Positions 20,090-29,613 of a stretch of DNA of 64,000 nt are shown here, piece after piece. The DNA is from a virus. The notes below the pieces were generated by a model. It saw only the letters and a program-made list of their open reading frames with translations. It searched no databases and had not been told where the DNA came from. Location of the stretch: positions 98,436 through 162,435 of the IMG/VR virus record IMGVR_UViG_3300036790_000425, one strand, 5' to 3'. The translations under genes and the position numbers were made by a program. Positions within the stretch are counted from its first letter, which is position 1; every line of letters starts with the position of its first letter.

Positions 20090-20455
20090 TCAGGCAGCGA
20101 GGCCGGGCTTGCCAGCCTTCTCCCAGTCCTCCAGCGCCTGCTCCGGGATGCGGCCCCGGTCCTTGACCCGGTAGCCCTGGCTCCGGGCCCAGGCCCGGGC
20201 GGCGGCGCGCTCCTCGCGCTGCGCCTGCGGGCGCTTCCTGGCCTTCCCGGTGCGCGTGGCGGGGATGCGCCGGGCAACCTCGCTGAAGGGCTCCAGGGCA
20301 CCCCGCATGAGGTCCAGGTGCTGCTGGCTCAGGTCGATCTCGTACTCCTGGCCGTCCAGGGCGAAGGAGACGGTGGCCACGGCCCCGGTCTCCCGGGGCG
20401 GGGTGAGGCCAAGATCCAGGTCATCGAGCATCTGAATTTCCACGTGCCGGGCCAT
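20090..20455 (-). CDS. lsr2: Lsr2-like nucleoid-associated protein
   Basis: 'LDDLD..TVSFALDGQEYEIDLS' dimerisation domain and 'RAWARSQGYRVKDRGRIP' RGR AT-hook. Confidence 0.95.
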   Translation of the reverse strand: MARHVEIQMLDDLDLGLTPPRETGAVATVSFALDGQEYEIDLSQQHLDLMRGALEPFSEVARRIPATRTGKARKRPQAQREERAAARAWARSQGYRVKDRGRIPEQALEDWEKAGKPGLAA

Positions 20456-20519
20456 TATCGGTCCTTCTGATCCGGGGATTGGACGAAAGGAACGATAACA
20501 TGCTCAGTCGTTTATTGGA

Positions 20520-21047
20520 TCACTTGCTGGCCTTGTTGCTGTTCAGCGGAACGTAGTGCGTATAGGCGAAGGTAATGCCCTTGGTGACGGCCAGGGCGCC
20601 CACGGTCACGGTCTCGCCGTCGTTGATGTCCACCACGGTGACGTTCTGGTAGGCCTTCCCGCGCCACTTCGAGGGGGTGCTCTCGGTGCCCGGCGGCTTG
20701 ATCACCATGCTGGCCGTGACGTAGTTCGGGTCAGCGGCCAGGGCCTTGAAGATGTCCACCATGTTCCAGGTGCCGGTCAGCCCGGCCAGCTGCCACCACA
20801 CCGGCTGGTTCCACAGCTCCCGGATGGTGATCATCACGGTGCCGCCGCTGATCACGCGCGAGGTGGCGATCTCGGCCGGCCGGGTCCAGCCGATCGGCTG
20901 GATGAACTGGTACGGCTGGCCGATATCGGAGAACGCCCGCTGGCCGCTGTCCTCCCAGCCCTCGCAGTAGGCGATGGGCTTCTTGTTATAGCTCAGGACG
21001 GTATAACCCGAGCCAACTACCCTGGCCTTGGTGGCCGCCATGATCAT
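20520..21047 (-). CDS. Tail tube protein
   Basis: 175 aa ORF directly after the sheath gene. Confidence 0.8.
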   Translation of the reverse strand: MIMAATKARVVGSGYTVLSYNKKPIAYCEGWEDSGQRAFSDIGQPYQFIQPIGWTRPAEIATSRVISGGTVMITIRELWNQPVWWQLAGLTGTWNMVDIFKALAADPNYVTASMVIKPPGTESTPSKWRGKAYQNVTVVDINDGETVTVGALAVTKGITFAYTHYVPLNSNKASK

Positions 21048-21058
21048 TTACCTCTCGG

Positions 21059-22594
21059 TCAGGTCCCGGTCGCAGAAGCGTTCTGCTGCGACTGAGCGGC
21101 CACCAGGCCGGTGGACAGGTCCACCGACATCTGCACGGTGATGTAGTTCAGCGGCGCCGCCGGCAGGTACTGGAAGGTGACGGAGATCACCGTCGGGTTG
21201 CCAGTCGGGTAGGTCTGCTGGATCACGGACAGATTCGTGTAATCCACGATCACGTCATTGCTGATCGCGGCCTCCAGGATGCCGAGCACGGCCTCCTGAA
21301 CGGTGGTGACGGTATTGGCGGTGATCGGCTGGCCGATGAGCCCGGACCCCTGGAGGCCCTGCTTCACCGCGACCAGGAGCGTGTCCGACTGGCGGACCAG
21401 GGAGATCTCCTGGAAATTCAGCGCGCTCATATCGGTCGTGAGTCCCTGCCGGCAGGCCAGGGCCCCGGCGAAGTTGATGTAGCAGATGCTCACGCCCGAG
21501 GACGCCAGGCTGTTCATGAAGGCGTTGGTCATCCGGGCGATGTCAGCCTGGGCCAGCCCGGGGAAGCCCGACAGCGGCTGGTTGGTCAGGCCGGTGTTGA
21601 CCGGCAGCGAGGTCAGGATGGCGCCCAGGGCGACAGCCAGGTAACAGCCGGCCGCCTGGAAGGTCTGGCCGGTGACCGAGTTGAACATCGGCACGACCTC
21701 GGGGAAGGCCAGGATCGTGCGCCGGCTGGCCAGCCCGGCCGCGAACGTCGGGACCGACTCGTCAGTCTCGGAGTAGTTCCGGGGGAAGCCGAAGAAGCCC
21801 TGCCGGGGGAAGCCGTCGCTGTAGGCGCTCCACATGGCCGCGTCCAGGCCGGCCGCCAGGCTCGATGCCAGCGCGGCCACGGTGCCGGAATTGACGGTCA
21901 GGTCGTCAGTGAAGACCGGGACCACCACGGTGGCAGCGCCCTGGGTGGCAACCCGGCTATAGGCCGCGCTGAACTGCTCAGGCAGGCCCCCGTCAGCCGG
22001 GTTGAGCGCCACGCAGATCAGGGTGGTCGCCCCGTTGGTGAAAGCCACCAGCGCGGCAGCCGTCAGCGGGTTGTCGATCTGGGAGGCGTTCGCCGCGCCC
22101 GGCGCCGTGGCCAGGAAGGCCTGGCCGTAGGCGGTCACCACCGACTGGTAGTCAGTGAAGACCTGCGGCTGGTAGTAGCCCGAGTCAGCGTAGTTGTAGG
22201 TGACCGTGACCTGCTGGCCGTCGGAGACCGCCGTGGAGTCGCTGACCCGCACGATGCTCGTGGTGGCCAGGCCGGGATCGCCTGAGGGATCAGTGACCGT
22301 GGTCAGGCTGTAGTCCGTGCCGGGAGTCAGCACCGTGCCGTCCAGCAGGGTCACCACCGGGGCCGTGATCAGCGGCGGGCCGGATACCTCGGTGGTGAAC
22401 ACGCCCATGTAGGTCAGCGGCACCGAGGACGCGGCCGAGATCAGCAGGCCCTGCACGGCGGTCCGGAAGCCCAGGGCCGGGCCCACCAGGGTGAGCACCT
22501 GGGATGGCACCAGGGTCGGCACCACGATAGGCGTGCTGACGTCCTCCACAAAGACGCCCGGAGGCTGGTATGTGCTGAAAGACGGGATGGTCAC
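21059..22594 (-). CDS. Contractile tail sheath protein
   Basis: N-terminal 'YQPPGVFVEDV', C-terminal 'EISLVRQSD...FQYLPAAPLNYITV'. Confidence 0.92.
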   Translation of the reverse strand: MTIPSFSTYQPPGVFVEDVSTPIVVPTLVPSQVLTLVGPALGFRTAVQGLLISAASSVPLTYMGVFTTEVSGPPLITAPVVTLLDGTVLTPGTDYSLTTVTDPSGDPGLATTSIVRVSDSTAVSDGQQVTVTYNYADSGYYQPQVFTDYQSVVTAYGQAFLATAPGAANASQIDNPLTAAALVAFTNGATTLICVALNPADGGLPEQFSAAYSRVATQGAATVVVPVFTDDLTVNSGTVAALASSLAAGLDAAMWSAYSDGFPRQGFFGFPRNYSETDESVPTFAAGLASRRTILAFPEVVPMFNSVTGQTFQAAGCYLAVALGAILTSLPVNTGLTNQPLSGFPGLAQADIARMTNAFMNSLASSGVSICYINFAGALACRQGLTTDMSALNFQEISLVRQSDTLLVAVKQGLQGSGLIGQPITANTVTTVQEAVLGILEAAISNDVIVDYTNLSVIQQTYPTGNPTVISVTFQYLPAAPLNYITVQMSVDLSTGLVAAQSQQNASATGT

Positions 22595-22624
22595 GCTGGC
22601 TCCTCTGCCTCGTTTCTTCCGGGG

Positions 22625-23251
22625 CTAGCTGGTGATGTCGATGACCGAGGTCTCATCCGGGGCGCCGCCGTTGGTGGCGACCACCTGGATCTCGGTCAGG
22701 TTGACCAGCTCGGTGCTGTTCGGGTCGGACACGAACTCCCCGATGACCTGGATGGCGAAGCCGCGCTCGTAGATCACGTCCATCGTGGCCCAGGGCGTCC
22801 CCGGGGCGGCGGCGGACGGCCGGTCTTCCACGGTGTCAAAGGACCAGACGCTGGCGATCAGCGGCGCAGCCTCGACCACCTGGCGGAACTTCGAGGGGAA
22901 CTCCGACTGGGCCGCGTAGGCCGTCATCGCGATCAGCTGGTCATAGATCAGGTCGCGCTCGTTCGAGCTGAGCGCCACCACGGTGAAGGTCACGTGCCCG
23001 GCGAACCGCCAGCGCGCGTAGGCGTTGCCGTCGGCGTCCATCTCGGTGTAGGCGATGCCGACCGTGCGCAGCTCGCTGCCCTCGTAATCCACCCAGACGG
23101 CCGGGTAGCTGGCCTCCTCGACCGGGTACTCGATCGAGACGTAGACGGGCTTCTGGCCGCCGTCAGCATCAGGCGCGGGGTAGCGGGCCAGGAACGACTG
23201 CTGGATGGCATCGACAGCCGTCGTCTTGATCGTCCGGAGAAACCCGCTCAC
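22625..23251 (-). CDS. Tail terminator/neck protein
   Basis: GTG start at 23251; 'VSIEYP...YPAVWVDY'; precedes the sheath gene. Confidence 0.65.
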   Translation of the reverse strand: MSGFLRTIKTTAVDAIQQSFLARYPAPDADGGQKPVYVSIEYPVEEASYPAVWVDYEGSELRTVGIAYTEMDADGNAYARWRFAGHVTFTVVALSSNERDLIYDQLIAMTAYAAQSEFPSKFRQVVEAAPLIASVWSFDTVEDRPSAAAPGTPWATMDVIYERGFAIQVIGEFVSDPNSTELVNLTEIQVVATNGGAPDETSVIDITS

Positions 23252-23450
23252 ACTACTTCCGGGCCGGGCATGCAGAAGGGCCCTCGGCAGGCAGTGTCCG
23301 GATACACACCGGGCATGCAGGAGGCCCGGCACTCGCGCACCGGGCCGTCCCGTCACTGGCGGAGCAACGGCATGTGACTCCGCTGATCAGGGTAACCCGG
23401 GAGAGCGCGGCTGAGTAGTCTGTGCGATTGCGGCAGCAGAAGGGTGACTC

Positions 23451-24866
23451 TTGAGCCAGCGTTCCCGCGCGCCAGTGCACAGAGACCGCTCGGGCCCCGC
23501 TGCCTGGTGGCGGGCCCGCACGTCGGCCATCGACCTGTCTCTCCTGGAGCGCGTCCTAGGCGGCCTGCGGCGGATCCCGGAGGACCCGCCCCCGGCACAG
23601 TCCAACGGTCATGTCCCGCTGCCCCGGAGGCAGCTGTCCAGGGCAGCGCCGCGAGGGGAGCACGCCCGGCTGCCCGTGAGCACCCCGGAGCCGCCGCTCC
23701 CGCCGGAGCCCGGGCCCGCGGACCCGGCTATCGTCGCGGTGCGCGCCTCGTTCGACGCCCTGGGCGATAACGAGGACAAGGCGACCAACTACTTCTACAG
23801 CTGCCTGTTCGTCGCCCACCCCGAGCTGCGGCAGATGTTCCCGCCCGCGATGGATGAGCAGCGGGACCGGCTGTTCCGGGCCATCCGCAAGATCGTGGAC
23901 ACGATGAGCACGCCCGCCGAGCTGGCGGACTACCTGGCGCAGCTCGGCCGCGATCACCGCAAGTACGGGGTCACCCCGCAGATGTACGGCGCCCTGGGCG
24001 AGGCATTCAACCAGGCGCTGCGCAGGTACGCCGGGGCAGTGTTCACCCCGGCCGCGGAGGAGGCCTGGACGCAGGCTTACCTGGCGGCCTCCTCGATCAT
24101 GATCCGGGCAGCCGAGTCCGATCCGGGGCCGGCATCCGTGACCGGGTACGTGATCGAGCACAGCTACCGGGGCAACGGGATCGCGACCATGACCGTGGCC
24201 CCGGCCGGGCCGCTGCCCTACCTGGCCGGCCAGCACGTCACGATTGAGCACCCGCGCTGGCCGCGGGTGTGGCGGCCGTACTCGATCGCCAACCGGCCGC
24301 GCGACGACGGGATGCTGACCTTCCACGTCAGGGCGGTGTCCGGCGGCTGGGTCAGCAGCTCCCTGGTGCACTACACCAGCCCCGGCATGCAGCTGACCCT
24401 CGGGCCGGCGCTCGGCGGCATGACCCTGGGCCGGGCCGCCAGCCGGGATCTGGTGTGCATCGCCGGCGGCACCGGGCTGAGCCCGGTGAAGGCCATCGTG
24501 GAGCAAGCCGTCCGGGACTCCCTGAGCCGCGGGGAGGCCCGCTCGGTGCACCTGTACTGCGGTGCCCGGCACCGCGAGGAGCTGTACGACCTGGAGGGGC
24601 TGTGGAAGATCTCCGACGCCTATCCGGGCCTGATCGTCACCCCTGTCACCTCCGACGACGTGCTGTTCGAGGGCATGCAGGGCAACGTCGGCCGGGTGGC
24701 AGCCCGGTACCTGCCGCACGGTGACTGCGAGGTCTACGTGGCCGGCCCGGAGAAGATGGTCCGGGAGACGATCATCCTGCTGGCTGCTGCGGGAGTGCCG
24801 CCGGACCGGGTGCACTACGATGACGCGCTGCTGGCCGGGCGCGAGCGCGTCGGCTCAGGTACCTGA
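23451..24866 (+). CDS. Flavohemoprotein (globin + FAD-binding + NAD-binding domains)
   Basis: Globin 'FYSCLFVAHPELRQMFP...LGRDHRKYGV' (proximal His), FNR motifs RPYS, AGGTGLSP, YVAGP. Confidence 0.92.
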   Translation: MSQRSRAPVHRDRSGPAAWWRARTSAIDLSLLERVLGGLRRIPEDPPPAQSNGHVPLPRRQLSRAAPRGEHARLPVSTPEPPLPPEPGPADPAIVAVRASFDALGDNEDKATNYFYSCLFVAHPELRQMFPPAMDEQRDRLFRAIRKIVDTMSTPAELADYLAQLGRDHRKYGVTPQMYGALGEAFNQALRRYAGAVFTPAAEEAWTQAYLAASSIMIRAAESDPGPASVTGYVIEHSYRGNGIATMTVAPAGPLPYLAGQHVTIEHPRWPRVWRPYSIANRPRDDGMLTFHVRAVSGGWVSSSLVHYTSPGMQLTLGPALGGMTLGRAASRDLVCIAGGTGLSPVKAIVEQAVRDSLSRGEARSVHLYCGARHREELYDLEGLWKISDAYPGLIVTPVTSDDVLFEGMQGNVGRVAARYLPHGDCEVYVAGPEKMVRETIILLAAAGVPPDRVHYDDALLAGRERVGSGT

Positions 24867-25517
24867 CACCCCGAAGAAGTCGCCGCCCTTGTGCCGGGGA
24901 TTGTCGGTGCCCCAGTGCCGGACGCGAGGCCCGGGGACCAGCTTGGGGATGTGCTTGGAGCAGTGCACGTAGGCCTCCTCGACGCGCACCGCCACCCAGT
25001 GCTCGGCCCGCCGGCCGGGGCTCGTCTCATCCGGCACGCCCGGGTCCAGGAGCTGCATCTCCTGGCGGGTCAGGATGCGGGCCTCGCCGTTCACGTGCAG
25101 GCCGATCAGGTCCCGGGTGAAGTCCACCAGGAAGATTCCGATATGCGGGTTCTCCGCGATGTTCCCGAGGCTGGCCAGGACTCCGTTGCCCCGGTACTCG
25201 GGGTAGGCCAGCGTGCTGGTGCCGAGCACCCGGATGAAGCCTGGCGCTCCTGCCCGCATGCTGGAGTCGCACTCGCCCCGGGAGTCGGAGGTGGCGATGA
25301 AGGCCAGCTCCATCCGGCTGATGAACTCGATCATCCGCGGAGTCAGCGCGGTGGCGAACTGGGTCCGGTAGAAGCGCTCGGCCCGGTCCCGGGTATCGTC
25401 CCGGTCCTGGATCAGGTGCTCCCCGGCGGACCCGGGGCGGGTGTCCTGAGGCGATGCCGCGGGCGCGGCCAGGTGCTTAGGGGCACGGGTCCGCCGGAAC
25501 GGGGAGAGCAGAGACAC
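24855..25517 (-). CDS. Pyridoxamine 5'-phosphate oxidase-family FMN-binding protein
   Basis: 'FIATSD..G.CDSSMRAGAPGF..LAYPEYRGNG..SLGNI.ENPHIG..EEAYVHCSKHIP'. Confidence 0.88.
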   Translation of the reverse strand: MSLLSPFRRTRAPKHLAAPAASPQDTRPGSAGEHLIQDRDDTRDRAERFYRTQFATALTPRMIEFISRMELAFIATSDSRGECDSSMRAGAPGFIRVLGTSTLAYPEYRGNGVLASLGNIAENPHIGIFLVDFTRDLIGLHVNGEARILTRQEMQLLDPGVPDETSPGRRAEHWVAVRVEEAYVHCSKHIPKLVPGPRVRHWGTDNPRHKGGDFFGVSGT

Positions 25518-25563
25518 GGGGATACCTTCCGCTTCCGGGCAATCCGGTCAGCGTAGCCCAGTA

Positions 25564-26265
25564 TCAGAAGCGGGCTCTCCAGCTGCGGTCGGCAGCGTAG
25601 ATCCGCAGCGGGATGATCCCGGCCCGCTGGGCAGCCAGGGACATGGCATGATTCAGGAACAGCCGGGGGGCCAGCCCGGGGTGCCGCCAGCGGACCCCGA
25701 TATTGCCTCTCGCCACTGCCCCGCCTGAGCGACCCGGGGTGGTGCCCGGGCGGCCGGCCTCACGGCGCCCGACCCGGCCGGGGGCACCGGGGTAGCTCGC
25801 CGGGACGGTGTACTCCTGGTAGGTCCCGTCCGCCACCTTGCGCCGCACCGTCCGGCGGGTGCCTGGCATCGCGGCCCGCCGGAAGATCAGGATCTGGGTC
25901 TTGCCCGAGAGGGTGAGCCGGGTCCGGGCCCTCGGGTTCTTCTGGCGCTCCTCGCCGGTCGGGTCGTCGATCCACATCGGGATCGTCTTGCCGGCCAGGG
26001 CGAACATCGTGAACGGCCGGATGCCCTGCTCCTGGAACCACACGTACGAATCCTGGAACCCGACCCCGAAGAAGCCGGTGCCGTACAGCGGGAACAGCCG
26101 GGAGGCGGCCGTGCCGGACAGTTTCGGCATCACCCGCCGGGCCTCCCGGACGGCCTCGTTGGCCATCATCCGGGCCCGCTTCCCGGACAGTCCCGGGACT
26201 TTCATGATCAGCCGGTCAGGGTGCGGGCTGATCATCATCTCCTGGGTCTCCAGGAGCCCGGGCAC
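25564..26265 (-). CDS. Neck/head-tail completion protein
   Basis: Basic 233 aa protein with 'WRHPGLAPRLFL' (HK97 gp10-like C-terminal motif); position between head and tail genes. Confidence 0.65.
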   Translation of the reverse strand: MPGLLETQEMMISPHPDRLIMKVPGLSGKRARMMANEAVREARRVMPKLSGTAASRLFPLYGTGFFGVGFQDSYVWFQEQGIRPFTMFALAGKTIPMWIDDPTGEERQKNPRARTRLTLSGKTQILIFRRAAMPGTRRTVRRKVADGTYQEYTVPASYPGAPGRVGRREAGRPGTTPGRSGGAVARGNIGVRWRHPGLAPRLFLNHAMSLAAQRAGIIPLRIYAADRSWRARF

Positions 26266-26268
26266 GAG

Positions 26269-28293
26269 TCAGCTCCCGGGCGGCAGGGAAGCCGGCGGCT
26301 GGTAGCTGCCCGATGCCGCCGGGGGCGGGCTCTCCTGCGGGATCAGCGGCCCGTTCAGCTGCTCGATCCAGGCATAGCTCACCGGTACCCGGGTGTAAGT
26401 GCCGAGCGCGACGGCCAGCAGCTCTCCCGGCGGCGGGATGACGTAGGCCACCGAGGCGCGCGGATCCTCCAGGCTGGCGTTCATCAGGTTGTAGGCGATG
26501 GCCGCCGTCTGCTGCCACGGCGTGGCGAAGCCGGTCCGCAGGGTGACCCGGCCGGGCACCGCGAGCTGGTAGCGGCGGCCGTCGGAGCGGAACATGTAGT
26601 CCAGTGTGTGAGCCCGGAAGTCCGGGGTGGCCTGGATGGAGACCGTGCCGGGATTGACCACGCCCTTGCGGCTGCGCTGGAGGTTCTGCTCGGTGTCGGT
26701 CAGGATGGCCGGCCGGATGATCAGCGCCCGCACGCCGGGAACCTGGACCGTGGCCGCCGCGATGATCTGGGTGCCGAAGCACAGCGTGCACCGGTACTGG
26801 TTACCCTGCCCGTAGGCGGCAGCGATCGCTGCCTCCGGGCCGGTACCGTAATCGGGCTGGGCCGGGCTCAGCGGGATGACCCGGCCCGGCTCGAAGCACC
26901 TGGTGCAGCGCTGCGCGATGCCCGCGGCCAGGTCCTCGGGCCGCCACAGCAGGCAGAACATGACCAGCTCCCCGTACTGCCACAGGGCCTGGGCGTGCCG
27001 CTGCCGCTCCTGCTCGATCGTGAAGTGCTGGACGTCGCGCTGCCAGGCCGGCTGCTCGCGCGGCGGCGGCGCGGACCAGGGGGTGATCCGGGTCTCCGCG
27101 ACCGTGGTCATCGAGGCGCTGGCGGCCATCACGGCCTGAGTGACGACAGTATTAAGCGGCACGGCGCTGAGAGCCGCCGCAGCGCTCAGCGGGGCACGGG
27201 CCAGGGCATCACCCGTGGCCGTCGCCCGCAGCGTCATGGCGGCCCGCAGGGACGCGCGGGCGGCCCTTGAGACGCCGGCCGCGGCGGCGAGGTGCGGGCT
27301 GGCGGCCAGGTGCGCCGCCGGGTGCACCAGCGGGATGGCCTGGAGGACCGGGGAGGCACTCAGGTGGGCGGCCGTGACAGCGGTCCGGCGTGCTGCCGCC
27401 TGGACGGCCGCAGCTGCGCTCAGGTGGGCCGCGGCGGGGATGACGCGGCCTCCGGTGACGGTCAGCCGGGGCTGGGCGCTCAGGCCCGCTGAGGCCCGCT
27501 GGGACCGGAAGCCGTCAGCTGTCAGCAGGGCGTGCGCCGTGAGCGCGGCAGCGGCCCGCCCGGTGACCGAGGCAGCGCCCGCGAGGTGAGCCGAGGCGGC
27601 CAGGGCAGCGCGGGCCGCCCGGAGCGCGATCGCCGGGGCAGTCAGGACCGGGATGGCGGCCAGGTGCACCGCAGACTGGGAGGTCGCGGCCGTCAGGACA
27701 GGGACCGCGGCCAGGTGAGCCGAGACCCGGACGGTCAGCAGCGGGACGGCACCGAGGGCGGGCGCGGCGGCCAGCGGGATGACTGCGAAGTGGCTCACCA
27801 GCGCGCCGGCTTGCAGTACCGGGCTGGCGGCGAGCGCGGCGGCCCCGGCGCGGGCCGTGCTGGCCGAGGCGGTCAGCTGGCTGCCGGCTGCGAGCACCGC
27901 GCCGGCGGACTGGCCGGGGACCAGCAGGACAGGATCAGCGGCCAGGTGCACGCTGACGGCCGACACCGATGCGGTCAGGACCGGCAGGGCATGCAGCGCG
28001 GCGGCGGCCTGCGCGGTGACCAGGGCCCCGGCGGTGAGCTGCGGGTCGGCTGACAGCGTCGGGACGAAGGCGCTGGCGGTCAGCACCGGGCTGGCGGCCA
28101 GGGCGGCCCGGGCGTTCTTGATGACCCGGGCCTGGGCGGTCAGTCTCGGGGCGGCGGCCAGCGCGGTCGCGGTGCCGCCGACACCCAGGGTGAAGGCGGC
28201 GGCCAGCGGGGCCGCGCCGCGCTGGGTGAAGGACCCGGCGGCAGCCAGCCGGAATCCGGCGGAGAGCGCCGCGGCAGCGTTCACGGTGGCCAC
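26269..28293 (-). CDS. Head-tail connector domain fused to N-terminal Ala-rich repeat region
   Basis: About 390 aa of AAHLxAxPxL repeats, then a domain with CxxC motifs (RCTRCF, CTLCFGT) typical of large-myovirus head closure proteins. Confidence 0.65.
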   Translation of the reverse strand: MATVNAAAALSAGFRLAAAGSFTQRGAAPLAAAFTLGVGGTATALAAAPRLTAQARVIKNARAALAASPVLTASAFVPTLSADPQLTAGALVTAQAAAALHALPVLTASVSAVSVHLAADPVLLVPGQSAGAVLAAGSQLTASASTARAGAAALAASPVLQAGALVSHFAVIPLAAAPALGAVPLLTVRVSAHLAAVPVLTAATSQSAVHLAAIPVLTAPAIALRAARAALAASAHLAGAASVTGRAAAALTAHALLTADGFRSQRASAGLSAQPRLTVTGGRVIPAAAHLSAAAAVQAAARRTAVTAAHLSASPVLQAIPLVHPAAHLAASPHLAAAAGVSRAARASLRAAMTLRATATGDALARAPLSAAAALSAVPLNTVVTQAVMAASASMTTVAETRITPWSAPPPREQPAWQRDVQHFTIEQERQRHAQALWQYGELVMFCLLWRPEDLAAGIAQRCTRCFEPGRVIPLSPAQPDYGTGPEAAIAAAYGQGNQYRCTLCFGTQIIAAATVQVPGVRALIIRPAILTDTEQNLQRSRKGVVNPGTVSIQATPDFRAHTLDYMFRSDGRRYQLAVPGRVTLRTGFATPWQQTAAIAYNLMNASLEDPRASVAYVIPPPGELLAVALGTYTRVPVSYAWIEQLNGPLIPQESPPPAASGSYQPPASLPPGS

Positions 28294-28296
28294 TGG

Positions 28297-28551
28297 CTAC
28301 TCCCCCGCTGGCGCGTGCTCGTGCTCCCGGCCGGTGGTCTCCCGGTACAGGTCGGCCGCGATCTTGCGGGCCAGGCGGGCCTCCAGGAGCGCATCCTGGG
28401 CCGCCTTGCTGCTCTCCCGCCGCATCCAGCTGACGGCGCGCGACAAGGGCCTGCGGGCCAGGTAGGCGGCGACCACGGTGATCAGGGCCTCCAGGGGCAT
28501 CGCGCCGATGTTGCCGCCAACCCAGGTCCAGTAGCGACCGAACACCGGCAC
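28297..28551 (-). CDS. Small membrane protein
   Basis: 84 aa with one TM segment. Confidence 0.55.
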   Translation of the reverse strand: MPVFGRYWTWVGGNIGAMPLEALITVVAAYLARRPLSRAVSWMRRESSKAAQDALLEARLARKIAADLYRETTGREHEHAPAGE

Positions 28552-28752
28552 CTCCCGGGCTGCTCACATCTTCTGTGGGCAACGGCAGAGCCCCTGGCGC
28601 CGGGGGCGAGTCCAGGGGCTCTGATGCAGGAACACGGGGGCAGAACCTGCTGTGGCGGGAGGCCGGGGGTTGCATTCCCGCCGGGGTCAAGATTACCCCC
28701 GGGCGGACTGTTTACTCGGACCTGGCGATCCAGGCGATTCCGCCTGCAACCT

Positions 28753-28974
28753 CTAGCCCGTGAGCGGCCCCAGCACCAGGGGAGCCGGGTGGCGCACCTG
28801 CATGCCGAGCATCTCATCAAGAAGCAGCTGCCGGCGGAACCGGCTCAGGTCCTCCTGCTCGGTGAAGTAGACCATCAGCTCGCGCCGCAGGACACGGCCC
28901 TGGCGACTCCGCCGGCTCCGGGCAGCGCGATCGGGGCTGCGGAGGGAATGCCGGAGACGCTGATGCCGGCTCAT
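28753..28974 (-). CDS. Hypothetical protein
   Basis: 73 aa, ATGA overlap with the upstream gene. Confidence 0.45.
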   Translation of the reverse strand: MSRHQRLRHSLRSPDRAARSRRSRQGRVLRRELMVYFTEQEDLSRFRRQLLLDEMLGMQVRHPAPLVLGPLTG

Positions 28975-29312
28975 CCCGGCAGGAACTCCAGCATCAGCTT
29001 CCCGTCGGTGATCCTGGCGCGATACCGGCCCGTCTGATCATCTGGCGGCCCCGGCAGGGCATGGACCAGCAGGTGCACCGGGCAGGAGAACAGGTCACCC
29101 AGCCGGTCGCGCAGCGGGTGCCGGACGGTGTAGCTGTCGGCTCCGAAGACCACGACGTGCTCGGTCTCCCGGTCGGACAGGATCTTCTGGGCTGCGCCCT
29201 GGTCAGGGCAGTCCGGGCCCAGGCAGGAGATCATCCCGCCGGCCATCAGGTGCAGGGTCTCTCCGCAGCCCATCGGGCAGCAGGCGCCGGCAATATCACG
29301 GATCGGTGGCAT
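28971..29312 (-). CDS. Cys-rich (zinc-binding) phage protein
   Basis: 'CPMGCGETL...C...CP..HPLRDRL..LFSCPVH', a pattern seen in actinophage proteins. Confidence 0.7.
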   Translation of the reverse strand: MPPIRDIAGACCPMGCGETLHLMAGGMISCLGPDCPDQGAAQKILSDRETEHVVVFGADSYTVRHPLRDRLGDLFSCPVHLLVHALPGPPDDQTGRYRARITDGKLMLEFLPG

Positions 29313-29331
29313 GCGGGAATCCTAGCTAAGG

Positions 29332-29529
29332 CTAGATGTTGTTGTCCCAGCCGTGATTGATCTGGTCCGCCGGGCGCGGGGTCCCGGCGGCGAGAACATC
29401 CCACAGCATGCCGGGGTCCTCGCTGTTCTTCAGGGTCACCCTGTCACCGATCCTTACCCGCGCCTCAATCCAGCAGGTCCGGACGGTGGTGCCCGAGCGC
29501 AGGAACGCCTGGGTCAGCAGCTTCGCCAT
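29332..29529 (-). CDS. Small hypothetical protein
   Basis: 65 aa ORF with phage-like composition. Confidence 0.6.
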   Translation of the reverse strand: MAKLLTQAFLRSGTTVRTCWIEARVRIGDRVTLKNSEDPGMLWDVLAAGTPRPADQINHGWDNNI

Positions 29530-29613
29530 GCGCCGATACTAGCTGGGCGTTCTCTCCCGGCTCGATCACCAGGGCGATGTCGCCGGGTGACCTCCAGGCG
29601 CAGCGCGTTATCC

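Noticed and set aside
1844-22594. Extracellular contractile injection system or tailocin rather than a phage
   Set aside because: Capsid, protease, neck genes and a tRNA operon are present, indicating a complete phage.
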